DNA of 33,473 nucleotides from Reclinomonas americana ATCC 50394. Its lineage: Eukaryota. Shown in pieces: positions 32,515 to 33,473 of the stretch. The notes beneath the pieces were generated by a model. That model was not told where the DNA came from. It saw nothing but the letters and a program-made list of their open reading frames with translations, and did no database searches. The stretch lies in NCBI GenBank assembly GCA_048213135.1, contig PS015773.1, positions 1,588 through 35,060 on the forward strand. Direction: 5' to 3'. How positions within the stretch are numbered: position 1 is the stretch's first letter; each line of letters begins with the position of its first letter. A program made the translations under genes and the position numbers.

Positions 32515-33354
32515 CGTCCGACGAGCCACACGCGTGCCGAGTGCTCTGTGTCGCGCCTCCAGCTCCTCCGTTGTGCGAACGCTCGCTCGAGCCAGGAACT
32601 CCACCATCGCCGAGAACGTGAACGGCTTGTTCAACAGCGCCGTCCGCGCATCAAACACACACTGATCGTACAACTGCAAAACAAGGCGCCGTCAGTCCAC
32701 TCCACTCGTTCGCGCCTCGTCCGCACCATCCACTCTCACCTCGTCCACAGTCTGCGCCGCCAGCAAGCGCGGTTGGAGGCCGTGGTCAATGGCAAACCGG
32801 TGCACATCGTCACTGGTCCACTGCAGATGCGGTGACAACTCGAAGCACTCCATCGACACTCGCTCGACGCCACACTCGGGCGCCGCGGTTTCGTGCAGCG
32901 ACGCGCTGTGCTCACTCAGCAGCTCCACCGGACGACATGAGCGACAAGCGTACGCCGCAAACACCTGTGCCGTTGAGAGAGTGTCAGCGAGGACTGTGAA
33001 TGTGGAAGACCAGGAGTAAGTTGCGCTCACCGCGCGCAAGAGCCGGTGACAGCGCCGCAACACCAGCACGCTGTCCCAGTCAAAGAGACCTCGCAGTACG
33101 GCTTCGGAGCCGGCGGCCAAATCGACGCGGTCGCCCTGCGCACGGGGAACACTCTGCAAGGGGCACGCGGTCAAAGACGAGATACACAGAGATGGACACG
33201 GGAAGAATGGCAACGCACGGCCGACTTGCGAACGCGCTCCGTCGACGATGCACGTATCGACGGTGAGGCGGGCGACATGGGAGACGGGGCGCGCGGATCC
33301 TCCGCCGCATCGCCCCTCCCCACAGTCATGACCGGGAACACCGACGGCGACGCA
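32515..33354 (-). CDS. Internal exons of a hypothetical protein, possibly the continuation of the 30667 gene on a mis-oriented contig
   Basis: Four GT-AG-bounded exons in phase: ASPSVFPVMT..RKSA|SVPRAQ..RCHRLLRA|VFAAYACR..WTSDDVHRFAIDHGLQPRLLAAQTVDE|LYDQCVF..FTFSAMVEFLARASVR..RRT. No clear start and no stop in view. Confidence 0.55.
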
Positions 33355-33473
33355 CTGTGGCGAAAGGCAGTGTCACGGGAAGGGAAAGGGAAAGGGGAAG
33401 GGATGGGGAAGAGATGGGAAGAGAAGGGGGAAGAGAAGGGGGAGGAGAATGGGGAAAAGAGAATGGGGAAGAG

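Noticed and set aside
1-33473. Alternative genetic code or stop-codon readthrough to explain the fragmented ORFs
   Set aside because: In the models I could build, in-frame stops fall in introns, and genes end in TGA, TAA and TAG. The standard code is sufficient.

Overview
This is eukaryotic nuclear DNA from a gene-dense, very intron-rich protist. It is probably flagellated (ARL3, BART) and bacterivorous (secreted peptidoglycan enzyme, cathepsin C); the species cannot be identified from the sequence. Most introns are GT-AG and 60-90 nt long, so the ORF track is largely misleading and I spliced the genes by hand. Gene order: TPR protein (+, likely 5'-partial), hypothetical MG-start protein (-), ARL3 (-) head-to-head with a BART-domain protein (+), secreted PG-binding/YkuD L,D-transpeptidase-family protein (-), a weak RS-rich ORF, a divergent UBA1/UBA6-type E1 (+) tail-to-tail with a ZNFX1-like helicase/RZ-finger protein (-), EMC8/9 (+), cathepsin C (-), and a p25-alpha-like protein broken by an assembly gap. 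The most striking signal is the splicing system. First, ultra-short microexons of 2, 2, 3, 3, 3, 4, 10 and 11 nt are needed to rebuild conserved motifs, including the cathepsin C catalytic His, its NSWG motif and the residues just after the E1 catalytic Cys. Second, about 27 introns use an atypical GTTGCG donor that looks like a +1-shifted form of the usual GTGCGT/GTGAGT. All gene models are manual and untested by RNA data.
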